This document shows, piece after piece, positions 1-29,299 of a stretch of 64,000 nt of DNA; position 1 is the first letter of the stretch; every line of letters starts with the position of its first letter. Source of the DNA: Chrysomallon squamiferum (Eukaryota > Animalia > Mollusca). The translations under genes and the position numbers were made by a program. Location: contig CM022672.1 of assembly GCA_012295275.1 (NCBI GenBank), forward strand, positions 24,738,001 to 24,802,000. The letters are read 5' to 3'. The notes under the pieces are model-generated. The model saw nothing but the letters and a program-made list of their open reading frames with translations, was not told where the DNA came from and did not search any database.

Positions 1-418
1 GGACACCTGTTTTACTGATCATTTCGCTGCCTAATAAAAGACACGATTGAGTTTGGTGGATCAAATTGCTGTTTTGATTTGTTGATAAAAAAACCAAACG
101 AGTTCCACCGAGAGAGACAAGAAGAACGTTATTGGGCAACAAACCACAGTGATATAAAACAGTATTCCTAAACATGTCAATTAGCTGTCATTTGTACAGC
201 TGAACGTGATTCATAAAAAAGTTAAAAGAACGAAAGAATGAAAAAAAAAAAAAAATAGTTAAATTGAAAATGGATTGTTGAGAAACGGCGATGAATAGAA
301 AAAAAAAAATTATTGTCGGTTAAGATTTATCAGATAAGTTGTACCTAGCAAGTGTGAAATAAAATAATATAAAGTAATAATAATAATAGTGGTAGTAGTA
401 GTAGTAGTTGTAGTAGTA

Positions 419-456
<38 letters not shown>

Positions 457-2773
457 CAAGCACTGAATAATGATAATATTGATATAATTTTGCAGTTAAT
501 ATTTATTTATTTAATTAATAAAATATTACTGTAATTACTTTGCATTCAGTTTAATTTTTACAATTTCCAGATGCTTCATGTGCGAATCTGAATATGCTTA
601 AATGTAATTATTTTCCTTATACAGACGACCATTTCTCATTTATTACGTTACTTTTTTTCTGTCTTTTTTTTCCGCTCATTATAATATCGCCAAGCAAATG
701 GTTGAACGCCATGACAGTTTATGCCTTTCCATAGTTCTTATACTGGAAAATAGAAACAAACACCATAAGTAATTATCTCCTTTACTTTCCAAGTAATATC
801 AAATAAGAATACATTCATCCATCCTTCCATGCATACATTTATGATTTCACACTCATACATGTAAATATTTGTGCATTTTATTAATTTTGTAAAATATCGT
901 TAATTATCGTTTTATATCTGAATTACCAAATTATATTTTGATTACATGTGTAATGCCTCATGAAAATGGCGAAGCTATCTTTATTTATAGACAAAAATAT
1001 GAATCAGTGATACCTTTCTAAGCGATTTTCTGGACTGGCTGAGATATAGATATGATGCCTGCCTTAACCAGCTGTAAAATGTAAAACGTAGGTATAAATC
1101 AAATAGGAAAAAAAAACATTAGAAGAAGAAGAACAAATTCTTTCAAATAGTTTTCTGTTAATATCTTTGACTTTTTGACAATGACTTTATTCTCATAGAC
1201 TGTAGGATTACAGTACAGAGAAGAATGTATTACAGCTATATAATAAACAAAATTAAAATGCACATGCGTGGAAGTTTATCGTTATTGATGCGGCCAAACC
1301 ATTTACTAAGCTGGGAATCGGCAAATTAGTTTGTAAAAATAACGGGTGAGAAAAGAAGATAAAAAAAAAAAAAAAATCTTGGTTATAATTGATTTGTTTA
1401 TAAAACAATCCTGTATTACAGAAAGACAACGGTATAGAAATACTAACATTTACGACTTTTTAAAAAATATATCTGACGTTTTTATATCTTTTAATAATTA
1501 TGCATTTTGTCTTTAAAAAAAAACGCCTCGATCCGCCTCCAGTTTGTTGCAAGATAATTTAAAAACTACGGAATATTAAAATACAGTGAAACTTGAATTA
1601 ATGAACGAATAATAATAATAATGAAGATGATGATGATATTAGTAATGATAATGATAATGATGATGATGATGATGATAATGATGACGACATTAATGAATAG
1701 CAGCTTTATTCCTTCATTACTTTCTTTCCTTTTAAAACTATTATTATAAGACCTGTATGTCATCTAATAAAGAAAACCTAAATTAATTACATTTTCAAAC
1801 AGTAAATAATTAAACCGTCATCTATCTTTCTCGGTGTCTTTTAACAGATTCGTAAATAAAATATCGTTTAATTCTCAGTGTTTGACTGTTATGCTAAGTT
1901 CATGAAAACATCTATTCAAAGACAATCAGACAGCGGAAGTTTTGACTTTTACGTGCCATATATCCCGTGAGATTGAATTTCAGTCATTTTAAAACCTGTA
2001 CAAAAAAAAATTCGTTTTCAAAATATTTTAAAAGAATCGCTTTTAATAAAAATTAAATCAGAAAAACTTGCTTCTTCGTTCCAATATTATTTATTTTATT
2101 TTATTTCGCTACTTTTTTTTTAAAATAATTTTTATAGTTTTTTTTTAAGTTTTTTTTTTTTTTTTTTTAATAAATTTTATTTGACAAATTCAAACAACAG
2201 CTTGCTCTTTGTTATTTAAAAACAACACTGTGTCTTTTAAGTAAACACAGACACGAACGAATTTGTTTGATGGTCCACACACATTTTTATCCAAACAAAT
2301 CCGATATTTGGTAAAGAGTACGTAATTGTGTCATTGCGTTCACCGCTATAACAGCTGCCCGCATCCCATTATCTGTGATAAAAAATATTTAAAATAACTT
2401 TTTAAAAAAAAAAATTCTATTTGTTTAAAACATATTTTATTGCATGTACATATGTGTACAAACGAACTGGGTACAACTTTATTTTTTTTTTTTCCCATCC
2501 CTCTTTTAAAAGAGTTTAGACGGGAGGAGGAACGAGGTGTTCATTTGGAGTTTTTAATTTTTTTATTTTATTTTATTTTATTTTTTTTATTTATTTAATA
2601 TGTGTTGTTGTTTAATTTAAAAATGGAAATAATGTTCACTTATTACTATTATTATTATCATCATATACACACACACACAAACACATGGATGTATGCATAC
2701 TTATATACATACATAAAACACATATACATACACATATACATACAAATATACATATACATATACAAACAAACAT

Positions 2774-2834
<61 letters not shown>

Positions 2835-5800
2835 ATTAAGTAGATGTCTCCTACGAACTTATTTAGACAAATATCAAATGAAAATGTAACTACGTTTATC
2901 ATTAATTGAAATAAAATGATATTTTTTCTTTTCCTGTATTATAGTTATTATTCTTTTTGTTTCCACTCAATATATCACCTCTATTCAGTGACAGCAAACT
3001 GTTTGCCTCAAAAGATCACACTGAAACACGATTGTTTTAAGTGTGAAAATGCAAAAGACAATCAAAAATCAAACTATTCTCCCTTCAGATCATCATCAAA
3101 AACCACAAACAATAAAGAGCAACCATAAAAAGACCACAAAATACAACCTTTTCTTTCTTACAACCAACGTGTTAGTATCACAATTTTCATCATCATCATC
3201 GACATAATCATCATCATCTTTTTATCCTCTTCTTTCAGTTTCTTTTTAATCATCATTATTAGATAATCATCATCACATCCACTATCATTATCATCATTAT
3301 TGCATAATCATTTTCATTATCGTCATCGTCATTATAATATAATCATTTCAAATGTTTTTTTTTTTTATCAGTATAGTTATCGTTATCATCATCACTATTA
3401 CTGTCATAATATTAAACTTCTTCAGGAAATATCAGTTTGTGACTACTTTATTAAAAAGAAATAGCAATTCATCATCAATGTTAGTTTTTTTTTTTTTTTC
3501 GTACTGCTGACCTCGTATTATCAATATATATTTTTTACAATACAAGTAAATTAATCCATTCATGTTTATGTTTTTTCCATTGTCATTTCGTTTGCTTTAT
3601 TTTCATTGGATGGCTTATTACATGCGTATTATTTCATTTTTTACCCTAGTTGTTAGTGTATATCACTTTATTGTTTAAATGAGATCTATATTTTTATTGC
3701 TTATTTAAATATATATAAATATTTATCGCACGGTATTAGTTTGAGAGTATCGCGTGCGATTCAAGCAATAAAACTGGATTTTACTAAAGGGGAGGAACGA
3801 ACTTGGAGGTCGTTGTTTTCACTGAATATTAATACAAAGATACATATCTAACGACGAGAAAAATTACCGATGTTATTTTTGTTTGGTTTAAACAAATAAA
3901 CAATTTTTTGTTTTTGTTTTTGTTTGAAATGTTAATGTTGTTGATTTAAAAATCTACAAAACACACACACACCCACATGTATCTGAGTGTGTGTTTGTGT
4001 GTGTGTGTTGGTTTATGTGACAAAAAAAAAAAAAAATATATATATATGCATTTTATTTGGAAAAGAATATAGTATCACATATGCTCTGTATTTTTTCATG
4101 CTCTATTTTTGTGAATTTGGGTACTGATATACTTATATGTCTTTATATATGCATGCATCTATATACGTATGTATGTGTCTTATGGGGCTATATATTTGAG
4201 AGTGTGTATTGATATACGGATATGTATTTATATATGCATGCACGTACGTATGTACGTATGTATGTATGTATGTATATATGTATGTATGTTTGTATGTTTG
4301 TATGTATGTTTGTATGTATGTTTGTATGTATGTTTGTATGTTTGTATATATGTATGTATGTATGCATTTTTGTTCACTTAGTTTTATTTCAAATATACTG
4401 ATCTGTGCAACATTCAATCATGCATTCATTGTTAATTTATAGGTTAATTTATTTAATTATAATTAAAGGTACAGACCTTTGAATGTGACGAACGTTAAAG
4501 AGCATGAGCTATTTTAAGATTGCTTAACTTTTATTAAGCACGCCTCTATTGATTACAGTTAGACAGCTTTGCGATCACAAACAGACGGAAATCATATCTT
4601 AAGGAAAACAAAGACGTGCAAATGTTAGCCGTTATAGATTTTCTATTATGAGCGAGTGGAAAACCTGCGTTACCAAAACCAATAACTAACGGGTTTATCA
4701 TATAAATGTTCAACACAAGCAGAACAGGTGTTGGCAAAAATCATAAAGTTTCTTGTTCACGGCAATTTAAATTCAACAGTCTCTGATATATATCCAGATG
4801 TTGACACAAACAAATCCATTTCTGTAAGGACAGGATTATTACAAAATTTATTATGGCATTGTCAAGACAATACTTGGAACTATTACGAATTTTACAATCT
4901 CACCTGTTGAATCAAAGTATTGATTCATTAAATTTTCTTTTGAAATTGTCATCGTAAGAAAGCCATTAAAACTAAATGGCCATCCGGCTTGTAACAGACC
5001 ATATCGATTAAACAGACGACCTTTTGGGTTGTTAACAACCAAAATGAGTGATTAAAAAAATATATATAAAAATTAAAAATGTAATATGTCTACTTTTAAT
5101 TACTGAATGATGAAACAAAAGACCAATTGCAAGATTGCACAGTTGTAAATTAAACTGAAACTTTTCTCTCTAGCAGGACTGTCTGGAACCAAGTAGAACA
5201 GAAAGATTAACAAAAGTGCAGCTGAATTTAACTATTATAATTTTTCTTTGATAGACCTTCGTTTCCTCTCTTTAAAAATAAATTTTAATTATTTGAAATA
5301 TAAAAACATGCTATAAAATTAAATGAAAAAAAAGAGAGAAATTTGAACGAAATAATTAAAATATCTAAAGAAAAAGAGAAAAATATGAATAAATGATAAT
5401 GAATTAATAAATGAATGAATAAATAATTAAATAAATAAATAAATAAATAATCTGCGACACAGTAAAGTATTTAAAAATAAAATTAAAAAAATGTGCAGAC
5501 ATATATACCAGAACATTAATGACTTTATTACTGCCGTAAAATATATACAAAGGCTTTAATGATATAAATTTACTACATTTTAAATATATTTCTAAATACA
5601 ATTAACAAAAACAAAAAAAATTACTTTTATGAATCTTTGTTTATACTTCAGTATATAAATTGTTTTAATTTTTTTTTAATTTACAATAGATTGTTACTGC
5701 TGCCTACAGGAAAAACTGAATTAATATGTTAATCTGACAGAATTAGTAAGTTAAAAACTGCATTTTTAAAGTTAGAATATGTTATTGTATGTGACAGTAT

Positions 5801-6850
5801 AGAACAGATAGAATTATTTTTACGGCGGTAGGGGATATAAACATCAGAACAGCAGTAACAACAGCAGTAAGTGATATAAACAGATAAATAATTTTAGGAA
5901 CAGGAGTATCAAAACAGAGCAAACGCCAGCAGTAGGAATAATAAATGTAGAAGTAAAAGTAACAGTAGCAATTATCGAATTAGTTGCTTAATATGGTCAA
6001 TATTGTATTGTTTATTAGCTTCAAACCTTTCGGTTCATTGGCTTACAATTCACATACAAAAATATAGAAACTGAATCATGTAAAAACTGGTGTCAGTAAT
6101 ACTATAAAGTAACAGAACAGTTGTTGGTAATATTAACAGCAGCAGAAGCAGTAATAGTAAAGTTTGTCTGTAATTTAAATTTTAAAATTTCAAAATTAAA
6201 CATTTATGTTATATTTGTATTGTCCCATTTTAATATGATTACAGGTGTGCATTTGCCTATGAGAGTGCGCATGCGTGTGAGCATGCACACACATGCGAAT
6301 GAGTGTTCCTGTTTGTCACAGTATCGTTTTATTTATAAGATAATATTTATTATTTGAAAAACATTTTGATATTTTAGATATAAAATGAATTGTGAAACTA
6401 ACGTTGTTTTAGATTTACAAATAATTATTTTAAAATAATTAAATAAAGAATATGAGTAGATAACTACTGTCTCTTAAAGTACTGCTAATTCTTAAACTAA
6501 ACATTTATTTTTCTTTCTAACCGTTGTGTTTAGTTATGTATCGTTGGTGCTTGCAATAACAGCTGACTTACAAATAATGCAATTAATCAAATAGAACAAA
6601 CACGTTTACAGTTATGTGCAATTTATTTTTATTTTTACAAGAAGATTAATAACCACAATATATTCACAGCCATGATTGTCGATATTTAGGTGAGCAGAAC
6701 TAAACCTAGCTCACAGTAGATTGATTTTCTTAAATTATTACAGTAATATGGCATACGAATATAAAACAAACAAACAAACAAATAAATAAATAGACAGATA
6801 GATAAATAAATAAATAAATGAATAAATAAATGAATAAATAGACAGATAGA

Positions 6851-6885
<35 letters not shown>

Positions 6886-8169
6886 ATGAATAAATAAATT
6901 AACTGACAAAAAAAATGAAAACATAAGAAATAAAGAAACAATAATAATAATAAAAAATATTAAAGTAACAAATAAAATGAATATATATATATATATATAT
7001 AAAAGATAATAAAAGTAACTAAAATTAATAGATAATATATATATATATATTTAATAATAAAAGTAAATAAATATGTCTAAATAAATATAAATGATATTGA
7101 AATAGATATCATTATTTTATTGTTTAGTTTCTTTCATACTCAAATTAAACTCATAGTTTATTTTTAACAACGTTACTGAATGTGTCTGATGGAATAGTAA
7201 TAATAAACTCGAGACAACGAAACAGTTGTTGAATTTCAGTTACTTATTCTGTTTAATATTAATCAATGTTTAAGATGATGGCAGACCATGATCTTTATTT
7301 GTAACTAATTCATAATTAAATTGTAATTTAATTAAATATTATTCATTTCTCTAAAAAAAAAATGTATTCTTTCTTGACACTACATATTTATAATTCATAG
7401 AACAAAATAAATAATGACATAAGATAAAATAAAATAAATAAACACAAATAATTAATTAATTTACACAAGAAATAAATTAGTACACAAAAAAATAAAATAA
7501 AATAAAATAAAATAAAATAAAATAAAATAAATAAATAAATACTGGGAATTACATAATGATAAAATTCAGATTAATTTAAAAGCTTTCATTTTGAAATTAG
7601 TAACATTCTTCATCATAAATACATTAAATCTATGCAAGATGAATGTATTGCTTTGGCTTTTCAAAGTGGGTGAGTGCACAACCTACTTGACTAGCAATAT
7701 TGTGCTGTAATGTATCATAATAATTACAGTAGATACAAGTCAAAAAAACATGTGAAAAATATCATGAAGCACGTCTCCCATCTAACAGAGAAATGAAAAT
7801 ATATTTATAGAACAAATACTTTGCGAAAAGTAAAAATTGTCTTTGTACGAGTCCACAGTAATGTCTGACAAGATATCACTGATATCGGCTATGACGCATC
7901 TTCTGAATTCAGAGTGGGGATGACGTGCCGAACATGAACCAGAGAACCAGCGTTCTTCTGTTATTGCTCAACAATGGAAGACAGTTTCTTCAAATGATAC
8001 CCCAAACTGCCTTTCTTTTACGAAAAAGAAAGAAGAAAAATATTGGCCACTAAGTTTCTGAAAGCATCAGGTCTCTTATCCTTGCATAAGAAGAGGAAGA
8101 AGAAAAATGAGAAGAAAAAAAAAGAGATTAAGAAGAAAAAAATCTTAAACATTAAACTAAATCTTGTCA

Positions 8170-22291
<14,122 letters not shown>

Positions 22292-22299
22292 GTTCAAAT

Positions 22300-22700
22300 A
22301 AAATTTAAATACTTCTTTTTTTTTAACTTTTTTTTTTTTTTTTTAAACAATATCGGAAACTCAAGAGAAAATCTCGTGTTGAGGTTATTCAAAGAACAGC
22401 TATGAAATGCCCTAACAAGTTCCGAACTGTAATCTTTATAGGCATGCTAATTATTTTATCGGCTGCAAGTGGAAACAAAGTATTAAGAGCTATAATCCCA
22501 TCGCTAAACAGCTGTTACGGGCTGTCTAACAATACACGATTGCCCGACAATAAACAGCACGCGCATGACCATTCGCCGAAGGCTTTCCGAGACCGCAAAC
22601 CAAATCCGTGAGAGGACTGTTCTGATTGGACGATTTATATTCAAGACCAGCCTCTTTTTGGTCAGCCTCGTTCCCTATCTGCTGGGATTTAATGTAATGA
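22300..22700 (-). promoter_or_regulatory. Probable 5' UTR / proximal promoter of the Gfi1-family gene
   Basis: CpG-richer unique sequence immediately upstream of the ATG at 22291. It contains a CCAAT box on the minus strand (plus tctgattgga, 22621-22630) and a CAGCTG E-box near 22509. TSS not determined. Confidence 0.5.
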
Positions 22701-23326
22701 GATTGAAACTTTGCAGAATGATATTTAAGAAAAAGAAGAAGAAGAAAAAAAAAAAAATCACGTTAAATGATTTGGAACACAAGTTATTCTACAAATATGT
22801 TTAACAGTTAAAAACTTACCTTGTGTCTGTTGCATTTTCTGTAGAAATAAAACTAATATGGACTAACTAATGACATGTGTATATTATTGTAAAGCAAAAA
22901 CCGTATAACTTTTGTGAGTAAATGAATATTATTATAGGGAATTTGATGGCAAATAATTCGATTTACTCTTAATTTGCTATTTAAAAATTAATTGTTACTA
23001 AATAATTGCATTGTTTTATTTAATATGACGAAATAATTAATAATCATAAAATGTAATAATAATAATATTATTATTTTTTTTATATACAGGTGTATTTCCT
23101 GTATGTATATATGAAATTAAATATTATAAAACACATTTTGTTCATAATTTGAAAATAGTTTTTTTTTTTAAATTTAATATTTATGTAAAGAATATATATA
23201 TATATATACATACATACATACATACATATATATACATACATACATACATACATACATACATACATACATACATACATACACACAGCTACACACAATCTCA
23301 CATACTCACATATAAATAACATATTC

Positions 23327-23361
<35 letters not shown>

Positions 23362-26124
23362 ATGTAAATATGTATGTATGAAACAGCAAAAAGACATGTA
23401 AAAAAAGTTAAATAAAATCTGTCACTTTGTTGGAAGTTTCGAAATCATTGATAAAAACAACACTATTTTTAGTGTATGGAGGTTACGTAAGTTAACAAAG
23501 GCAGATATTGTGTACGATAATTCAGATATTATCTGTACTGCTCTAAATGTCGTCGAGTCGATACGAAGTATATTAAATATCTCATATAAACACTGCACAA
23601 TGTTTTATAACGGCGGTAACACATTGCTTCTTTCTCTTTAACTACTAATAATGTAACTGATGACAGCGTTCGTAATGTGCGTGTGTATTTAATTATGTAT
23701 AATTGTAAAAAAAAAAAAATGGTAATTTAAATTTAAATGACTTGTATTGATATCATTTTACAAAAGTTTGTAATTCATCGTTACAATTAGCATTATCACG
23801 ACGTGCACTTCAACTGTAAACATTGCCATAACAACTGCAGTATTACTACGAGTGTAACAGTATTATCATTTTTCTATATGTATGTATGTATGTAGGCATG
23901 TATGTATGTATGTATATATGTGTGTGTGTGTGTGTGTCTATGTGTATGTGTGTGTGTGTGTATGTTCTAAATATCTTTGTAAGTAACTGTGACATAAGTG
24001 AAGATTTGAGATAAATCAAGTTATACGGGTTTTTGTCTGAAAATTTAAAAAAAAGAAACCCCAAAACAAACAAAAAGAAATAATAAAAAAGTATTCATAA
24101 ATAAACAGATAAAAAGCAAATATAATAATAAGAAACAATTTTAAAAATAAGCAAAATAAATAGAAATAAAATAAACAAGCAAATAAAATAAATTAAATCA
24201 AAAAAAAAAAAAAAAAAAAAAAAAAATGAAACAAACATAAACACACAAATAAAAAATAAATAATAAAAAAAAAAAAAATAAATAAACAAAATAAATAAAA
24301 AAAAAAAAAATAAAAAAAGAAAATATTAATCAAAATAAACAAATAAATAAACAAATAAACAAATGAACAAATGAACAAAAGATAAAACAAAAAGAAAGTA
24401 ACAAACAAATGAAAAAAAAAAAAAAAAAGAAACAAAACGAACAGATGCTACATGTCGAAGTATTCTGTGTCTGCTCTCAAACTCATCCTCGCGCGCGGCG
24501 CGTGTCGTGACTCGGGTGTTGTCGGGATTTTTTTTTTTGTTTTTTTGTTACTTCGCGCGCGTGGAACCCGTCAGGTGTTAGTCGTGTGATGAAATTCAAA
24601 GGAGGACAAGGGTCTGCGGCTTTGATAAAACGCAATCTGAGAGATACTCGTCACTGATTATAGAAGTCGCTCGCGGTGACATACAGCGCGTGCGCGCGTG
24701 CGATCACCCGATCGTCTTGTAAGTTGCTGAGAGGAAACTGAACCCCGTTTCCCACATGTCGTTTCGCACACGGTCCGTCAGAGTCGCTGGATTCCTTTAG
24801 ATCTTAATTATTAATGAACGAAAAAAAATATATATAAAAAAATCATAGTTATTTGTGAAAATCATGGTTGATAAAAGGAGATACCACTCTGCGACCCTAA
24901 TAATAACAAATTTGGAAAGAGAAAGAAACAAAAAAGAGAAGAATGTTTTTTTTTTTTAAAAATTAAATCAGTTTAATTACTGAGAAAATTCTGTAACACA
25001 GAAGACTTCAAAATCGAGAGGAAAGAAAAAAAAATTCTTATGATAAAAGAAGAATAATTTAAATTTGTATTGTATTATAAAAGATAAATTATTCATCACC
25101 ACAGTTACCGCCACTACTTCAAGGACTACAACTACCACAGTAACAATCGTCATCATCGTAACAAATATCTCTTCCCATGATCATATTATAACAACAACTA
25201 CTACCACATCACAAAAATACTACAACCACCGTTAATACGACGAAAACTACCCAGTTATTAACTTATGATAATGTTAGTGTTTCCATCCTCTTTTACAGTT
25301 AATATTATACGGAAATCAAATTCGTGGATACTAAAAAAAAAAAAAAAAAAAAAATTATTTTCATTTATCTTACTGTTATCTCAAGCATTTTAATTTGTTT
25401 TGTCACGCTTTACTTTAGGAAATAAAAAACTATTAGTATTAATTTCCTTTTTATAAAAAAATTAACGAGATTTTTACAAGAAGAAATATGAACACGTACA
25501 AACGTAAGAGGTTCTTCATTTCCATAATTTAGCGAAAAACATAAAACACAGAACTCGTTTGCTTTTGGCTTTGTTCAATTTGATAAATTATTTTTCCATG
25601 TTATATAATCGTCTTCATTGTGTAGTGTGCGTGAACATTTTTTTTTTTTTTTTTTTTTTGGCCCCATCAAACTTTGCATATTGTTAATGTTTATTTTTCT
25701 CAAGCTGTTGGCGAAATTTTCGTAACAATAACAAAACAGCCGTTGCCGCCGAATTTTCGACAAAGACAGTTGGTGTATGAATTGAAAACGCCAAGCCATT
25801 AGCTTTGGTCGGCGGCGCTTTGTTACATCACCATTTGATTTCCATAAATACTAACATTAACCTTTTTCTCACTTGTTACATTCACATATTACTTCCTGTG
25901 CTATTGTATTATTTATGCTTCGTGATATGAACCAAAGTATTATTCGCATCACTTTTGGATTTTAATTAGGGAGTGTGCGTGTGTACGTATACATAAATGT
26001 ATGCGTATATTAATGTATTTGTTTATCAAGTATTATATGTATGTATGAATGTGTGTATGTATGTATGTATGTATGTATGTATGTATGTATGTATGTATGT
26101 ATGTATGTATGTATGTATGCATGC

Positions 26125-26164
<40 letters not shown>

Positions 26165-26343
26165 GTTAGTAGATATTAATCTATATTTATATGCGTATGT
26201 ATGTTAATAAAATAAATGACATAAATAAATATAAAAATACAGCTCAAGAGAAATTTGTTGTTATAAAAATCGAATATATCTACAACGATAAATTAATCCT
26301 CAGGGATAAATAACAACAAAGAAACAAAGAAATATCAAAATAA

Positions 26344-26400
<57 letters not shown>

Positions 26401-26603
26401 CACCAGCAACAGTAAAAGTAATAATAAAAAAAATTAAATTTAAGTAAATTGAAATAATTAAAAAAAAAGAGAAGATAATAATGAAAATAACAATAAAAGT
26501 AAACAACAACAACAACAACAACAAAAATGAACAATAAAACGTATTTGTTTAAAACATGATAATATAGAGACACAACACTTGTATTATTTCGCCTCTGTAT
26601 TTC

Positions 26604-26626
26604 GTTACCACGGCAACCGACACCTG
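26604..26626. promoter_or_regulatory. RFX X-box plus adjacent E-box
   Basis: GTTACCACGGCAAC (26604-26617) fits the X-box consensus GTTNCCATGGNAAC with one central difference, and CACCTG follows at 26621-26626. Function is inferred only. Confidence 0.45.
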
Positions 26627-29158
26627 TCCTTTAACAAACCTTATCTTCAAATGTATGTGATATTAACTGATTTGAAACTGCCGCAGAAAAGAACAAATCA
26701 TTCCTCAATGTTGTGGACGCGGATGGACTTGGTCACATATCACGGAGATTTCTTTATGCTTCCGTGGATGAGGTAACACACATTAAATCGATATAAATTT
26801 AACACTGTTGCTAAGTACAGCGGCTACTGCGAACAGAATTGCTTAAAAATATAAAATATGCACAGAGAAATAAATAGAAATAAATAAATAACTAAAAGCT
26901 GATAACTTTTAGCATACATAAACATCAGAACAATAAAACGAGAACAAATTAGTTCTTTATTTAAATAAACAATGAAATAATAAATCAGTAGGAGCATTTG
27001 TTTTTAAACTACTTAATCAAGCAGAATATAAATCGTTGTAATAATCATTTTTCTTGTCTTTTCCACTCGCAGTTTTGAAATAAAAGCAGTAAATAAAATT
27101 ATGATTGCAGTAACTATATCTAAAAAAAACAGATCACCATTAATAACAACACTGTAACTACAACAACAACAACAACAACAACAACAACATATAACAGTAT
27201 TAACAACAACAACAACAAATACTACTAATAATAATATTTCTATTCTTATTATTATTACTTCATTATTACTACTACTACTACTACTATCACTACTACTACT
27301 ACTCTACTGATATTACAACTGCTAATAACAATAAATTAAATAACAATTTCAAACGTGACTGAATCACGTGCATGCATCACAACAGCTTTGAAAACGCGGC
27401 TGGCAGACGCAGCCAGACTTTGCGTTATCACGGACGTTGCGTGACATCTCGACGTTAGCGCACCCCATAAGGCTTAGCAACCCACCCGAGAGTGTGCGTT
27501 TGCCGTGATGTTCATTCCCACGCCGTTTGGACACGTCTAACATGGATGAAAACGACGTGTATCGAAACAGTTGGGGGTTATCTTTTATTTTTTTTTTTTT
27601 TTTTTTTTTTTTCCCGCACGTTTCCAAGCAATAAAATTTATTAGCGTGGAATCTCAATTTTCGAGATTACCTTGATTACTTATTTTCCATGTTGCTCTTT
27701 TCAATCAGAATTAGCTTTGTGATAATTAGATGGGACGTCGTGAATGATTGATGAATTGAAGGTGTCGGTGTCGTTCGTCTGTCTGTCTGTCTCAAATTCA
27801 ACACAACACAGCGTAGTGGGACTGAATCACTGAAAAGAACACGTGCAGCTGCAGAAGGGAATACATTTGTAAAACAAATACAAAATTTGCAATGTGCTAC
27901 TACATACATGCATATATAATTATTATTATTACTATGTTGTTGTTGTTGTTATTGCTGATGTTGCTGCTGTTGTAGTTGTTTTTCAAACGCTTTGTTAGCG
28001 ACTGTGCTGACACTGATGAGTATTTCTCAGACCGCGTTTCTGTTCTTTTCAATTTCATCATACACTGTACACCTGTTGTTTTCTTTTTTTTTACTTTTTC
28101 TTCACAGACACGGGCTGTAACTCAGTACTTAGGTCGGAGGGCAAAAATTGTTTCAATCTTATCATTTAGGAAAATTCCCCACCAGAACCAGTGATCCGCG
28201 ATTTGTTTATGAAACCGTGGTGTATGCCTGTATGCTACAATTTATTCTTTGGCTTTAATTTAAGAAAAGATGGTCATCGTTCGATGGCGTCGGTTTCCTC
28301 TTTCGAGACATAGGTAAAAATGGATTGAGTGGATTATTAAATAAGTTCTTCTTCTTTTTCGTATTATTATTAAATAAAATCATCATTCTAATGATGATGA
28401 TGATCATCATAATTTTTTCTTCTTTTTCTTTTTCTTATTATATTAAGAAGGTAGTGAACTAGTAATAATCATAATAATAAAGATAAGAGATAATGATATT
28501 ATTTTAAATTATAATTTTATATTATTGACTGGTTTAATAATAAATGCATGGCTTTTGTTTTTATGTAAACTCTGTCTGAATATATATATGTATATCCTAG
28601 CGAAAATTTAAGAGTTACATTTAATTGAATCTGCAATATTAAAATTAATTAATTATTCTAATCAGTATTTATTTTATTAATTAATTAATTTATTTATCTA
28701 TTTATTTATTAATACAGAAAAATGAAAATCAAGTCAGAATATAAAGGAATAAAACACATGCTGTATAAATGCATAACAATGGGTTTCATTTCTTACATTA
28801 ATTTGTTTTGCGCTTACAAAAAACATACTATTCTATTATATATACATATATATTTTTATTTTATACTAATTGATTATCCTATACGCCAATATTTTTGTTC
28901 GGTACGTGCGATTTCTTTTAAAATGGCACGAACAAAAATCTAAACTGGTATAAAAATGTTGTTGTTTATTTTTACTATTACTACTATATTAGTATAACTA
29001 ATGAACTGTTGATAAAGGACGAAATGAAAGAGTGCAGGATTTCTATAATCCTATTCAGGACAATCAAATAAATTGGTGTTTACTTATCATGCAAGTGCAT
29101 GCCATTCGTCATCTTCATCATGCAACATGCCGGATAATTCATATATAGTTGCATATTT

Positions 29159-29299
<141 letters not shown>

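Noticed and set aside
1566-6941. Many 60-95 aa ORFs (poly-I, YIHT, VCMY, LFIY)
   Set aside because: Translations of (TAA), (TATG), (CA) and (TAAA) microsatellites, with no splice-consistent or domain evidence.
7250-8169. miR-9 site (ACCAAAG) in the Gfi1 3' UTR, as known for Drosophila senseless
   Set aside because: I found no exact seed match by eye; the nearest is plus-strand ctttggc near 7652.
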